A stretch of 64,000 nucleotides of DNA from Nemertoderma westbladi. Lineage: Eukaryota; Animalia; Xenacoelomorpha. This document shows, piece after piece, positions 1 through 12,300 of the stretch. A program made the position numbers and the translations under genes. The notes beneath the pieces are model-generated. The model saw only the letters and a list, made by a program, of their open reading frames with translations, did no database searches and was not told the DNA's origin. The first letter of the stretch is position 1, and each line of letters starts with the position of its first letter. Location: assembly GCA_032718475.1 (NCBI GenBank), contig JAUCBJ010008916.1, positions 1-64,000 of the forward strand. Direction: 5' to 3'.

Positions 1-422
1 TACGAACGACTTAGTAAGTCGTGATGTCGTGCGAACGACTTAGTAAGTCGTGATGTCGTACGAACGACTTAGTAAGTCGTGATGTCGTGCGAACGACTTA
101 GTAAGTCGTGATGTCGTACGAACGACTTAGTAAGTCGTGCGAACCACTTAGTAAGTCGTGATGTCGTACGAACGACTTAGTAAGTCGTGATGTCGTACGA
201 ACGACTTAGTAAGTCGTGATGTCGTACGAACGACTTAGTAAGTCGTGATGTCGTACGAACGACTTAGTAAGTCGTGCGAACCACTTAGTAAGTCGTGATG
301 TCGTACGAACGACTTAGTAAGTCGTGATGTCGTACGAACGACTTAGTAAGTCGTGATGTCGTACGAACGACTTAGTAAGTCGTGATGTCGTGCGAACGAC
401 TAACTAAGTCGTACGAACGACT
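1..422. repeat. 29-bp tandem array (TACGAACGACTTAGTAAGTCGTGATGTCG) with occasional shorter units; runs off the window start
   Basis: Periodicity read directly; each unit holds the palindrome ACGACTTA-G-TAAGTCGT. Confidence 0.95.
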
Positions 423-770
423 ATCTATGTCAATGTCTGTCTGTTAAGTGTGTCTGTTTGTCTGTCAGTCTGGCGCAACGTTTGGGCACCAATATCTTGG
501 CAACGGCTCGGTATCTTAGCAACGGCTCGGTTAATTTTTTGAAATTTGATTTTTATGAAGAAGAGTAAAAGTTTAGTCGTAAATTTTTGCGTTCTGCAAT
601 TTCTTGTCCGCCGCTAGGTGGCGCTAAATATAAAATTTTCAAGGATTAATAAATTTTGAAAGACCTTTTTATTAAAAGTTTTAATGATAAATTATACATT
701 TTTATACATAAATAATACACGAAGTTGCGCCTTCGCGCAGCACATCACATAAACTTATGTTAAAGTATAG
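400..770 (+). mobile_element. Possible Helentron-associated non-autonomous element (HINE/DINE-1-like)
   Basis: Hairpin AGTCGT-ACGA-ACGACT, then a (CTGT)n-like tract, an AACGGCTCGGTTAATTTTTTGAAATTTG core and a 3' hairpin GCGC-CTTC-GCGC. Called on architecture only. Confidence 0.4.
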
Positions 771-2639
771 AATATTTATTACGCCCAATTGGGGAATAAA
801 TACATATTTTTAAAGAAGGCACCTCAATTAGTAAAATTATAATATTCGTTGTGTGTGTGTGTGTGTGTGTATGTGTGTATAGTTATGTATAAAGCTGTCT
901 AACAAGCCTGATAAGTTGGGGGCCGGACTTTGCCCAAGACATTAAGGGGGGTGGTACACCATTTTGGTCCAAAATATGTCGAAATTTCTTTTATGGTCTA
1001 ATATAATGCACCATTAAATGGTGTTTCCAAATCTGAAAACCGCTATTTAATAGCTCTTTTAGTTTTCAAGTTATGTAAATTTCCATTTAGGGAATCCTAT
1101 TGAAATTACTATTACTATGTATAATGAAAGGTTAATACGATATACGAATAGGATAATACGGTATAATGAAAGGTGAAAGATTTTTCATGAAATTGTCAAC
1201 TTCAAAACCCTACTACTTCTACAATTTTTGAGTAATTAGTCTGAAACATACTGTGGGTGTCTAGATAGCCACCCTGCATAAAAGTATCAGTCAACTTTTC
1301 GAAATTTTTTGTTAATAAAATTTAATACTATTTATAAAAAACCTAAAAATTTGCATAAATTTGCAGCGCCACCTAGCGGTGCGGAATTATTTTAACAAAA
1401 TTTCGTCTGATAGATTTGTTGACCATCTTTGATCTATCATATAAAAAAACTTTCATGTGATTATATTCAAAACTGAAAAAGCCTTAGGGTTTTAAGCGCA
1501 ACCAAGTTTTATTTGTTGTTAACTAGTATTAACTAATATTAAATAGCGAAAAAAAAAATTTTCTGACCTGTCATGTAGAATAGTAACTTAGGCACCTATA
1601 TGCCAAATGTTAGCCAAAACCAAACAATTTTGAAACGCTGAGAGTGATAAATCGAAGAGTTGTCCGAAAATGGCAACAAAGAGTAACACCGAATGGGGCC
1701 CCTGTGTTTCCAATAATGGAGGGACAGCCGTCGGAAGCCAATGAAAGGGACCCCTGGGTGGCCAAAGAGGGCCTCATCTTTAGTATACAAAAAGCTAAGT
1801 ATATTAGCTTAACATATTTTCGAAGTGATAACAATCAATACATTTTACAAAAATAATAATACAATTTTTCCCGTTGATATGGTAATTACAGCTGTAAATA
1901 GACCACAGTACGCCAGCCCTGTGATACAGCCAATACAGTCAATACCGCAAATCGGCCCTGTTGAGACAGACTCACCTTCACATACGTTAATTTCCATCCC
2001 CATTAATTGTCTACCTTTTGCAAAGGCTCTGCCCTCTGCCAGGGACTACACCCAACTGAGCAAAAATAATGAAATCATCTTATCGAGGGTGAAAAAAGTG
2101 GTCCTATACGCACACCTGAGTGCACGTTTATTTTGGTGCATTAGGTAGGCGTACTCCATAGGGTGGGTCCAGGATACCCAATACATGTACAACAATAGGT
2201 GCAATTATTCTTGATATCTATTCAGCCAATTTATCTGTGGTAGATAATCCCAGTATTCAGCTGCTGCCTCAATGATTAATAACAATAATTAGGTAATTAA
2301 TATGACCATTTACAACAATACATTATACGATATATGGGCCAAGGTAATATCTGAGAAATTGATAAAAGATTGCCAAGTTCATTGTGTGAAGTAATCAGAT
2401 CAAAGAAAACATTATATGTTTGTGTGAAATATTTAGCTTTTTGGCTAAGGATTGTAGTGTTAGAGCCCTGCAACACATACCGACAGAGGGCTCATCAAAG
2501 TTATTGCATAAGCCCCACTCAATTATTGTAATTATAATAAAATATACATTTATTTGGAAAAAAGATATCAATCAAATATATATCGGAACCAATATCTTCT
2601 AATTTACTCCAATTCTACTATTAATATTGTTAATTTCGC

Positions 2640-3080
2640 AATCCAACATCCACCAAGCGTCCCCAAAACACCCCATCCCTTCTCCCCACCCCCAATCCAA
2701 CATCCACCAAGCGTCCCCAAAACACCCCATCCCTTCTCCCCACCCCCAATCCAACATCCACCAAGCGTCCCCAAAACACCCCATCCCTTCTCCCCACCCC
2801 CAATCCAACATCCACCAAGCGTCCCCAAAACACCCCATCCCTTCTCCCCACCCCCAATCCAACATCCACCAAGCGTCCCCAAAACACCCCATCCCTTCTC
2901 CCCACCCCCAATCCAACATCCACCAAGCCTTCCAATAACACCCCATCCCTTCTCTCCACCCCCAATCCAACATCCACCAAGCGTCCCCAAAACACCCCAT
3001 CCCTTCTCCCCACCCCCAATCCAACATCCACCAAGCGTTCCCATAACACCCCAACCCCATCCCTTCTCCCCACCCCCCAG
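2640..3080. repeat. 54-bp C-rich minisatellite, ~8 copies
   Basis: Unit ATCCAACATCCACCAAGCGTCCCCAAAACACCCCATCCCTTCTCCCCACCCCCA repeated. Confidence 0.95.
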
Positions 3081-3958
3081 GTAAAGCCAAGCCAATGTTC
3101 TGTGGAGTGAGATTGATAAATCGATACTATTAACTCAGAACGGTAGCAGCCCATTCGCGGCTGCAATGGAAGTTTAACATAATGTATGCAGCGCTATGCG
3201 TTAACGGATAATAACCAACTTTAATGGGTGGATTGCCGCTGCTTGTGGGCATGAAATACACACGAGGTTTGTTCACTAGGTGCGCCAAGATAGAAACACA
3301 TCCTTGGTCCCTAGGCTGGGGACATTACCGGCATAATAAAGGTTCTATAATATAGAGCCAACTGCTTTATCATTCAGGAGGATCCCTTGGAGAAATTAGC
3401 CACTATACGCTGCATCCAACTTTACTCACTCAAAGCAGCGGATGCCAAGAAATGAAAGAGCTGAAGACGGAATTCTGATGGTCCATTGCAGCATTTATTA
3501 CTATGGTTGTGGCAACCCGGGTTCAATGCGTTCAACCTAGATTTTCCTCCCAGAAAATCTGGGGTAATTTATACTAAAAATAGTCTCGATGCGAATTCGG
3601 GTTTGTCTAGGTCCGTAGACAAACAACTTGCATTGCGCACACACATTACTGCTATCCACATTTAGATAAGCCTTCCTACCATTCCTACATCTAAAGAGTG
3701 AAAATAGTCAAAATAGACAAAATAGTTGTATCGCTGTCGATATGAAAACTCGATTGTGGGCCGCGCATGACAAAAGCCTTCGATCTTTAAGTCCTTTTCT
3801 GGTAATCATTATATGTCATTGCCATTGACAAACTATTCTCTTAACATAAACCATGAATTTTTATATATCACCTCGAAATATAGCTTTCTTCACATCTACA
3901 CAATAATTTTAAGATTAGTTCATATTAATTGGTAATACCAATTCATCAAATCGGACCT

Positions 3959-4756
3959 ATATTCTACTCGGTAAAATTAAATATTCTACTCGGTAAAATT
4001 AAATATTCTACTCGGTAAAATTAAATATTCTACTCGGTAAAATTAAATATTCTACTCGGTAAAATTAAATATTCTACTCGGTAAAATTAAATATTCTACT
4101 CGGTAAAATTAAATATTCTACTCGGTAAAATTAAATATTCTACTCGGTAAAATTAAATATTCTACTCGGTAAAATTAAATATTCTACTCGGTAAAATTAA
4201 ATATTCTACTCGGTAAAATTAAATATTCTACTCGGTAAAATTAAATATTCTACTCGGTAAAATTAAATATTCTACTCGGTAAAATTAAATATTCTACTCG
4301 GTAAAATTAAATATTCTACTCGGTAAAATTAAATATTCTACTCGGTAAAATTAAATATTCTACTCGGTAAAATTAAATATTCTACTCGGTAAAATTAAAT
4401 ATTCTACTCGGTAAAATTAAATATTCTACTCGGTAAAATTAAATATTCTACTCGGTAAAATTAAATATTCTACTCGGTAAAATTAAATATTCTACTCGGT
4501 AAAATTAAATATTCTACTCGGTAAAATTAAATATTCTACTCGGTAAAATTAAATATTCTACTCGGTAAAATTAAATATTCTACTCGGTAAAATTAAATAT
4601 TCTACTCGGTAAAATTAAATATTCTACTCGGTAAAATTAAATATTCTACTCGGTAAAATTAAATATTCTACTCGGTAAAATTAAATATTCTACTCGGTAA
4701 AATTAAATATTCTACTCGGTAAAATTAAATATTCTACTCGGTAAAATTAAATATTC
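3959..4756. repeat. 22-bp near-perfect tandem array, ~36 copies
   Basis: Unit ATTCTACTCGGTAAAATTAAAT with no visible variants. Confidence 0.97.
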
Positions 4757-4785
4757 AGCGGATTAAAAATGAATGCGAAACAAAT

Positions 4786-5826
4786 ACAACTGTAAGTAGT
4801 AACTATAGTAACTGTATGTAGTATACTACTACTGTAAGTAGTAACTATAGTAACTGTATGTAGTATACTACAACTGTAAGTACTAACTATAGTAACTGTA
4901 CGTAGTATACTACTACTGTAAGTAGTAACTATAGTAACTGTAGGTAGTATACTACAACTGTAAGTAGTAACTATAGTAACTGTATGTAGTATACTACAAC
5001 TGTAAGTAGTAACTATAGTAACTGTACGTAGTATACTACAACTGTAAGTAGTAACTATAGTAACTGTATGTAGTATACTACAACTGTAAGTAGTAACTAT
5101 AGTAACTGTACGTAGTATACTACAACTGTAAGTAGTAACTATAGTAACTGTACGTAGTATACTACAACTGTAAGTAGTAACTATAGTAACTGTATGTAGT
5201 ATACTACAACTGTAAGTAGTAACTATAGTAACTGTATGTAGTATACTACAACTGTAAGTAGTAACTATAGTAACTGTACGTAGTATACTACAACTGTAAG
5301 TAGTAACTGTAGTAACTGTATGTAGTATACTACAACTGTAAGTACTAACTATAGTAACTGTACGTATATACTACAACTGTAAGTAGTAACTATAGTAACT
5401 GTATGTAGTATACTACAACTGTAAGTAGTAATTTTAGTAACTGTACGTAGTATACTACAACTGTAAGTAGTAACTATAGTAACTGTATGTAGTATACTAC
5501 AACTGTAAGTAGTAACTATAGTAACTGTACGTAGTATACTACAACTGTAAGTAGTGACTATAGTAACTGTATGTAGTATACTACAACTGCAAGTAGTAAC
5601 TATAGTAACTGTACGTAGTATACTACAACTGTAAGTAGTAACTATAGTAACTGTATGTAGTATACTACAACTGTAAGTAGTAACTATAGTAACTGTACGT
5701 AGTATACTACAACTGTAAGTAGTAACTATAGTAACTGTATGTAGTATACTACAACTGTAAGTAGTAACTATAGTAACTGTACGTAGTATACTACAACTGT
5801 AAGTAGTAACTATAGTAACTGTATGT
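4786..5826. repeat. 42-bp minisatellite, left arm (interrupted by RTE insertion)
   Basis: Unit TACAACTGTAAGTAGTAACTATAGTAACTGTAYGTAGTATAC, often alternating T/C variants. Confidence 0.95.
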
Positions 5827-7766
5827 ACTAGGATACTACTACTAGGATCGGCATGCTGCATTGCAGCTGCATTTTTAAGAATGCTGTGCCGGCTTGTCAA
5901 CAAAATTACACCGCCACAACTCCCTATCACCCATGACATTTGCTAGATCATCCGCATCTTCAAGGCCAGTGTCATTTAAGATGCGTCTCAAGAAAGTCAT
6001 GGGCTGTCCACCGTGGTTATTCACTCCATGAGGCTGCCAAAGTACAAGATTATGCACTGGCTGGTCCTCACGGCGAAAGCAATGTCCTGCAAAGCGGAGG
6101 CGATTTTGTTCTAGTGTCAAGCTTGGGGGAACCAATGAGACACCTCCAATGTTATATAGTGTCTGGTTGGAAATGTGTGCTGTGCATTGTACTTGACACA
6201 ATGAACCCGGCGTAGCATTCTTGTGAATGTGCCATCCAGAGATTTGGTGTCCTCAGCAGTTAGAGCCCAGCATGGACTCCCGTAGAGGAGTACTGGAACG
6301 ACTGCTGCTCTAAATAATCGGACCTTAAGTTTCCGATTAATTCTCGGTGACTTCCAAATCCTGGAAAGCCTATTCAAGGCTGCCCATGCCTTTCCCTTAC
6401 GTATTCGAAGGTCCTCACCTGACTTCCGGATCCATGATCCCAGGTAACAGAAGTCGTCCACATGCTCAAGCATACCATCCTTTGAGCTTATGCTCATCCG
6501 ATCAGAGACTTGCTGAGGACTTTCAAAGTTAACTGTCAAAATTTTGGTCTTTCTGGAGTTAATAAAAAGACCAACACTAGAAGCAGCATGTTCTAATGAG
6601 CTGAGGAGCCGTTGGGCTCCCTCTAATGATTCTGAGAGTACTCCTAAGTCATCAGCAAAGTCTAGATCAGTTAGGTACTTGGCAGGATTTCGTCGACTTC
6701 TGGAGCCAGTAGGTGGAGTTATCATCACCCCATCATCATTATGATGATCTAAGGACATGCGTAGAACATAGTCAACCACAATAATGAACAAGAATGGTGC
6801 AAGTGTGTCTCCTTGGAGGACGCCCCATAACACTTCAAATGGTTCTGTGTCACCGTCAACAGTAGACACAAATGTTGTCGAACCAACGTATACTGATCTG
6901 ATTGCTGCAATAATTTCATCAGGAATCCCATATAATGAAAGTATGCTGAACATACGTGAGCGAGAGACTGAATCAAAGGCCTTGAATAAGTCAACAAAGA
7001 TAACAGCCAGATGCCTGTCTTTCTTTTTTGAGAATTCTTCAATTATCTTTCTAAGTGCCAAAATGGGCTCCATGGTCCCACGACCTTTACGGAACCCATT
7101 CTGATTTCCACGGAGCAGTCTCTCAATGGGATCCCTGATGCGATTTAATAGAATCCTATTGTATAGCTTTGCAGCAATCGAGATCAATGAGATTCCCCGA
7201 AAAGAACCATAGAGTGTTAGATTGCCCTTCTTGGGAACTGACACCAACTTATTTGTTTTCATTTCTTGTGGGACTCTTGTTGTTCGGTACATGTCTACTA
7301 TGATGGGATAGATGAGCTTTAAACACTTTTAAAAGACTTTTAAAACACTTTTAACATTTTAAAGACCTCAGGGGGAACACCATCTACTCCACTGGCACGA
7401 TTGGTCTTAATGCTCTTTGCAGCAGCCTTCACTTCTGCAAAGGAGATATCGCCAATGGGAATATCTGGGAGTACAGACTCAGACACTTTTACTTCTATAA
7501 AGTTATCAGGCAATACCCTGTCATTATTGAGGAGCTTTTCAAAGTGGGCTTTCCAACCATTGAGGCGATCGGCTGGTGATTCCGCCTTAACCTTGGTGGT
7601 TGGTTGGCTTTTCCGCCCAGTAAGCAAATTTATCGATTTCCATGCCTGGGATGATTGCCTGCTGTCGTCAGCATCATTGATGGCATCAACCTGTTGGTTT
7701 ATTAGCTCCTGTAGATTAACAGAGTACTGCCTGTTCAGGGACCTAGATGCAGCCTTAACTGCATTC
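5827..7766 (-). mobile_element. 5'-truncated RTE-clade non-LTR retrotransposon, frameshifted RT
   Basis: ORF pieces 7340-7627, 6117-7292 and 5875-6201 carry RT motifs PKKGNL, QNGFR, VDLFKAFDSV, GVLQGDTLAP, FADD, YLGS and an RTE-like C-terminus (RLRFAGH...DRELWR). Short (TAG)n-like tail near 5830-5848; a local duplication at ~7320-7345 breaks the frame. Confidence 0.9.
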
Positions 7767-7936
7767 TAAGTAGTAACTATAGTAACTGTATGTAGTATAC
7801 TACAACTGTAAGTAGTAACTATAGTAACTGTACGTAGTATACTACAACTGTAAGTAGTAACTATAGTAACTGTATGTAGTATACTACAACTGTAAGTAGT
7901 AACTATAGTAACTGTACGTAGTATACTACTACTGTA
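7767..7936. repeat. 42-bp minisatellite, right arm
   Basis: Same unit as 4786-5826 resumes directly after the RTE. Confidence 0.95.
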
Positions 7937-8680
7937 CGATATGGTTGATCGAGTTTTCAGTGAGGGAATCTATGCAGATTTGCTGGTGTTGCACATTTCC
8001 TACAGGCTCTACCTGCCCATTCCATTGCTCAATTAGATGTCCTGTCTCATCCCATCACCTCACCTGGGTTCGCAACCACAGATCAAGCAGTCATTGAAAG
8101 CATGATGGCATTGTGCAATGTGTCTACCGTTACCGTATGTATCAATCTCAAAACATTAACTAATATTGATTACTTATTGATAAAATTCCTATCACTACAA
8201 ATTAAAGAAATATTTCACATTTGACTGACTGGTGTCTGCAATAATTAAAGCTAAAGGACGAGGACATAGGTGTCCTATAATGGAGGAATAAAGGAAATGA
8301 TTATTCTAAAAGAAAAGAGAGTGAAAGAAAGCGATAAAACTGCAATGAGCGTCAATTTTGGAGTAAAAGAGCCGCCAATCCCGCCTTATAGGTAACAGCC
8401 ATCAGTGAGAAGTCCACTTATTGCATCCCGTGTTTCGTTTTCCACGTTCATTGTCTAATATTACGAGAACGTATGCAGGAATACGCTTTCAATATAATGT
8501 TAATTGTTAAAGTTCGCCACAGATTGGTCTATAGTGGTGACATTCATGCGTGTCCAATCAGGAGGCCCTGGTTTTACAGTTAACACTTACACTTAACTAA
8601 CTGTGCTTTAAATTCCACAACATACCCCAACCCAGGCTTTTGTTCGGGGCTGGTCCATAAATTAGAACCAACTTAACTTG

Positions 8681-8927
8681 GGAAACAGAGTGAAAAGTTT
8701 TATTGTGGAAGATCACCCATGGTGGTGAACAGACATTCCTTTAGGAAACAAGTGGAAGGGTTTACTGTGGAAGATCACCCATGGTTGTGAACAGGCATTC
8801 CTTTAGGAAACAGAGTGGAAGGGTTTACTGTGGAAGATCACCCATGGTGGTGAACAGGCATTCCTTTAGGAAACAGAGTGGAAGGGTTTACTGTGGAAGA
8901 TCACCCATGGTGGTGAACTGGCATTCC
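8681..8927. repeat. ~62-bp tandem repeat, 4 copies
   Basis: Unit GGAAACAGAGTGGAAGGGTTTACTGTGGAAGATCACCCATGGTGGTGAACAGGCATTCCTTTA. Confidence 0.9.
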
Positions 8928-9377
8928 CCGGCTTAATGAGCCTAAACGATTATCTTATGCCATTGTTAAAGTTATATAATTATTTCAATTATTTCCTTGA
9001 TGGTCATGGGACAGCAATGGCCGGAAAACATTAAGATTTAAGAAAACAAATACCAGAGAGTCCATTTTAATAGGATTCCTATTGGAAATGAGTCGGCCAC
9101 ATGTGGTTAATCCAAATTGAATCGTCACAGCAATGGAAGGTTGCTAGGAGGCACATTATCTAGGGCAGTAAGTGGTCCTAGAAACAATGATTAAGAGGGC
9201 AAACTTTAAATCAGTAGGCAATTTGAGTGCCATAATTCTATAAAATATTGAATATACGCACTGGAAAGATAACAGCAAGAATGATTCCAATAAATAATTA
9301 ATAATGTAATCACGCACACTGAGTGCCACACCCAATTAGATTTATGATAGGAAATCATTTCGTTATGTGAGATGTAC

Positions 9378-12300
9378 AATGAAGAAAGCGAGCTTAGCAT
9401 ATGAGTACCACTGTGTTACTGTTTCAACCATTGTCTGTCTAATGAAGAAAGCGAGCTTAGCATATGAGTACCACTGTGTTACTGTTTCAACCATTGTCTG
9501 TCTAATGAAGAAAGCGAGCTTAGCATACGAGTACCACTGTGTTACTGTTTCAACCATTGTATATCTAATGAAGAAAGCGAGCTTAGCATACGGGTACCAC
9601 TGTGTTACTGTTTCAACCATTGTCTGTCTAATGAAGAAAGCGAGCTTAGCATACGAGTACCACTGTGTTACTCTTTCAACCATTGTCTGTCTAATGAAGA
9701 AAGCGAGCTTAGCATATGAGTACCACTGTGTTACTGTTTCAACCATTGTCTGTCTAATGAAGAAAGCGAGCTTAGCATATGAGTACCACTGTGTTACTGT
9801 TTCAACCATTGTCTGTCTAATGAAGAAAGCGAGCTTAGCATACGGGTACCACTGTGTTACTGTTTCAACCATTGTATGTATAATGAAGAAAGCGAGCTTA
9901 GCATACGAGTACCACTGTGTTACTGTTTCAACCATTGTATGTATAATGAAGAAAGCGAGCTTAGCATATGAGTACCACTGTGTTACTGTTTCAACCATTG
10001 TATGTATAATGAAGAAAGCGAGCTTAGCATATGAGTACCACTGTGTTACTGTTTCAACCATTGTATGTATAATGAAGAAAGCGAGCTTAGCATATGAGTA
10101 CCACTGTGTTACTGTTTCAACCATTGTATGTATAATGAAGAAAGCGAGCTTAGCATATGAGTACCACTGTGTTACTGTTTCAACCATTGTATGTATAATG
10201 AAGAAAGCGAGCTTAGCATATGAGTACCACTGTGTTACTGTTTCAACCATTGTCTGTCTAATGAAGAAAGCGAGCTTAGCATACGGGTACCACTGTGTTA
10301 CTGTTTCAACCATTGTCTGTCTAATGAAGAAAGCGAGCTTAGCATATGAGTACCACTGTGTTACTGTTTCAACCATTGTATGTATAATGAAGAAAGCGAG
10401 CTTAGCATACGAGTACCACTGTGTTACTGTTTCAACCATTGTATGTATAATGAAGAAAGCGAGCTTAGCATATGAGTACCACTGTGTTACTGTTTCAACC
10501 ATTGTCTGTCTAATGAAGAAAGCGAGCTTAGCATACGGGTACCACTGTGTTACTGTTTCAACCATTGTATGTATAATGAAGAAAGCGAGTTTAGCATACG
10601 AGTACCACTGTGTTACTGTTTCAACCATTGTATGTATAATGAAGAAAGCGAGCTTAGCATATGAGTACCACTGTGTTACTGTTTCAACCATTGTATGTCT
10701 AATGAAGAAAGCGAGCTTAGCATACGGGTACCACTGTGTTACTGTTTCAACCATTGTATGTATAATGAAGAAAGCGAGCTTAGCATACGGGTACCACTGT
10801 GTTACTGTTTCAACCATTGTATGTATAATGAAGAAAGCGAGCTTAGCATACGAGTACCACTGTGTTACTGTTTCAACCATTGTATGTATAATGAAGAAAG
10901 CGAGCTTAGCATATGAGTACCACTGTGTTACTGTTTCAACCATTGTATGTATAATGAAGAAAGCGAGCTTAGCATACGAGTACCACTGTGTTACTGTTTC
11001 AACCATTGTATGTATAATGAAGAAAGCGAGCTTAGCATATGAGTACCACTGTGTTACTGTTTCAACCATTGTATGTATAATGAAGAAAGCAAGCTTAGCA
11101 TATGAGTACCACTGTGTTACTGTTTCAACCATTGTCTGTCTAATGAAGAAAGCGAGCTTAGCATACGGGTACCACTGTGTTACTGTTTCAACCATTGTAT
11201 GTATAATGAAGAAAGCGAGCTTAGCATATGAGTACCACTGTGTTACTGTTTCAACCATTGTCTGTCTAATGAAGAAAGCGAGCTTAGCATACGGGTACCA
11301 CTGTGTTACTGTTTCAACCATTGTATGTATAATGAAGAAAGCGAGCTTAGCATACGGGTACCACTGTGTTACTGTTTCAACCATTGTATGTATAATGAAG
11401 AAAGCGAGCTTAGCATACGAGTACCACTGTGTTACTGTTTCAACCATTGTATGTATAATGAAGAAAGCGAGCTTAGCATATGAGTACCACTGTGTTACTG
11501 TTTCAACCATTGTATGTATAATGAAGAAAGCGAGCTTAGCATACGAGTACCACTGTGTTACTGTTTCAACCATTGTATGTATAATGAAGAAAGCGAGCTT
11601 AGCATATGAGTACCACTGTGTTACTGTTTCAACCATTGTCTGTCTAATGAAGAAAGCGAGCTTAGCATACGGGTACCACTGTGTTACTGTTTCAACCATT
11701 GTCTGTCTAATGAAGAAAGCGAGCTTAGCATACGGGTACCACTGTGTTACTGTTTCAACCATTGTATGTATAATGAAGAAAGCGAGCTTAGCATACGAGT
11801 ACCACTGTGTTACTGTTTCAACCATTGTATGTATAATGAAGAAAGCGAGCTTAGCATATGAGTACCACTGTGTTACTGTTTCAACCATTGTATGTATAAT
11901 GAAGAAAGCGAGCTTAGCATACGAGTACCACTGTGTTACTGTTTCAACCATTGTATGTATAATGAAGAAAGCGAGCTTAGCATATGAGTACCACTGTGTT
12001 ACTGTTTCAACCATTGTCTGTCTAATGAAGAAAGCGAGCTTAGCATACGGGTACCACTGTGTTACTGTTTCAACCATTGTCTGTGTAATGAAGAAAGCGA
12101 GCTTAGCATACGGGTACCACTGTGTTACTGTTTCAACCATTGTCTGTCTAATGAAGAAAGCGAGCTTAGCATATGAGTACCACTGTGTTACTGTTTCAAC
12201 CATTGTCTGTCTAATGAAGAAAGCGAGCTTAGCATATGAGTACCACTGTGTTACTGTTTCAACCATTGTATGTCTAATGAAGAAAGCGAGCTTAGCATAT

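Noticed and set aside
1-422. CRISPR-like palindromic repeats
   Set aside because: No unique spacers, no cas genes, eukaryotic context.
2554-3084. Extensin-like proline-rich ORF
   Set aside because: Translation of a 54-bp minisatellite open in several frames; non-ATG start and no signal peptide.
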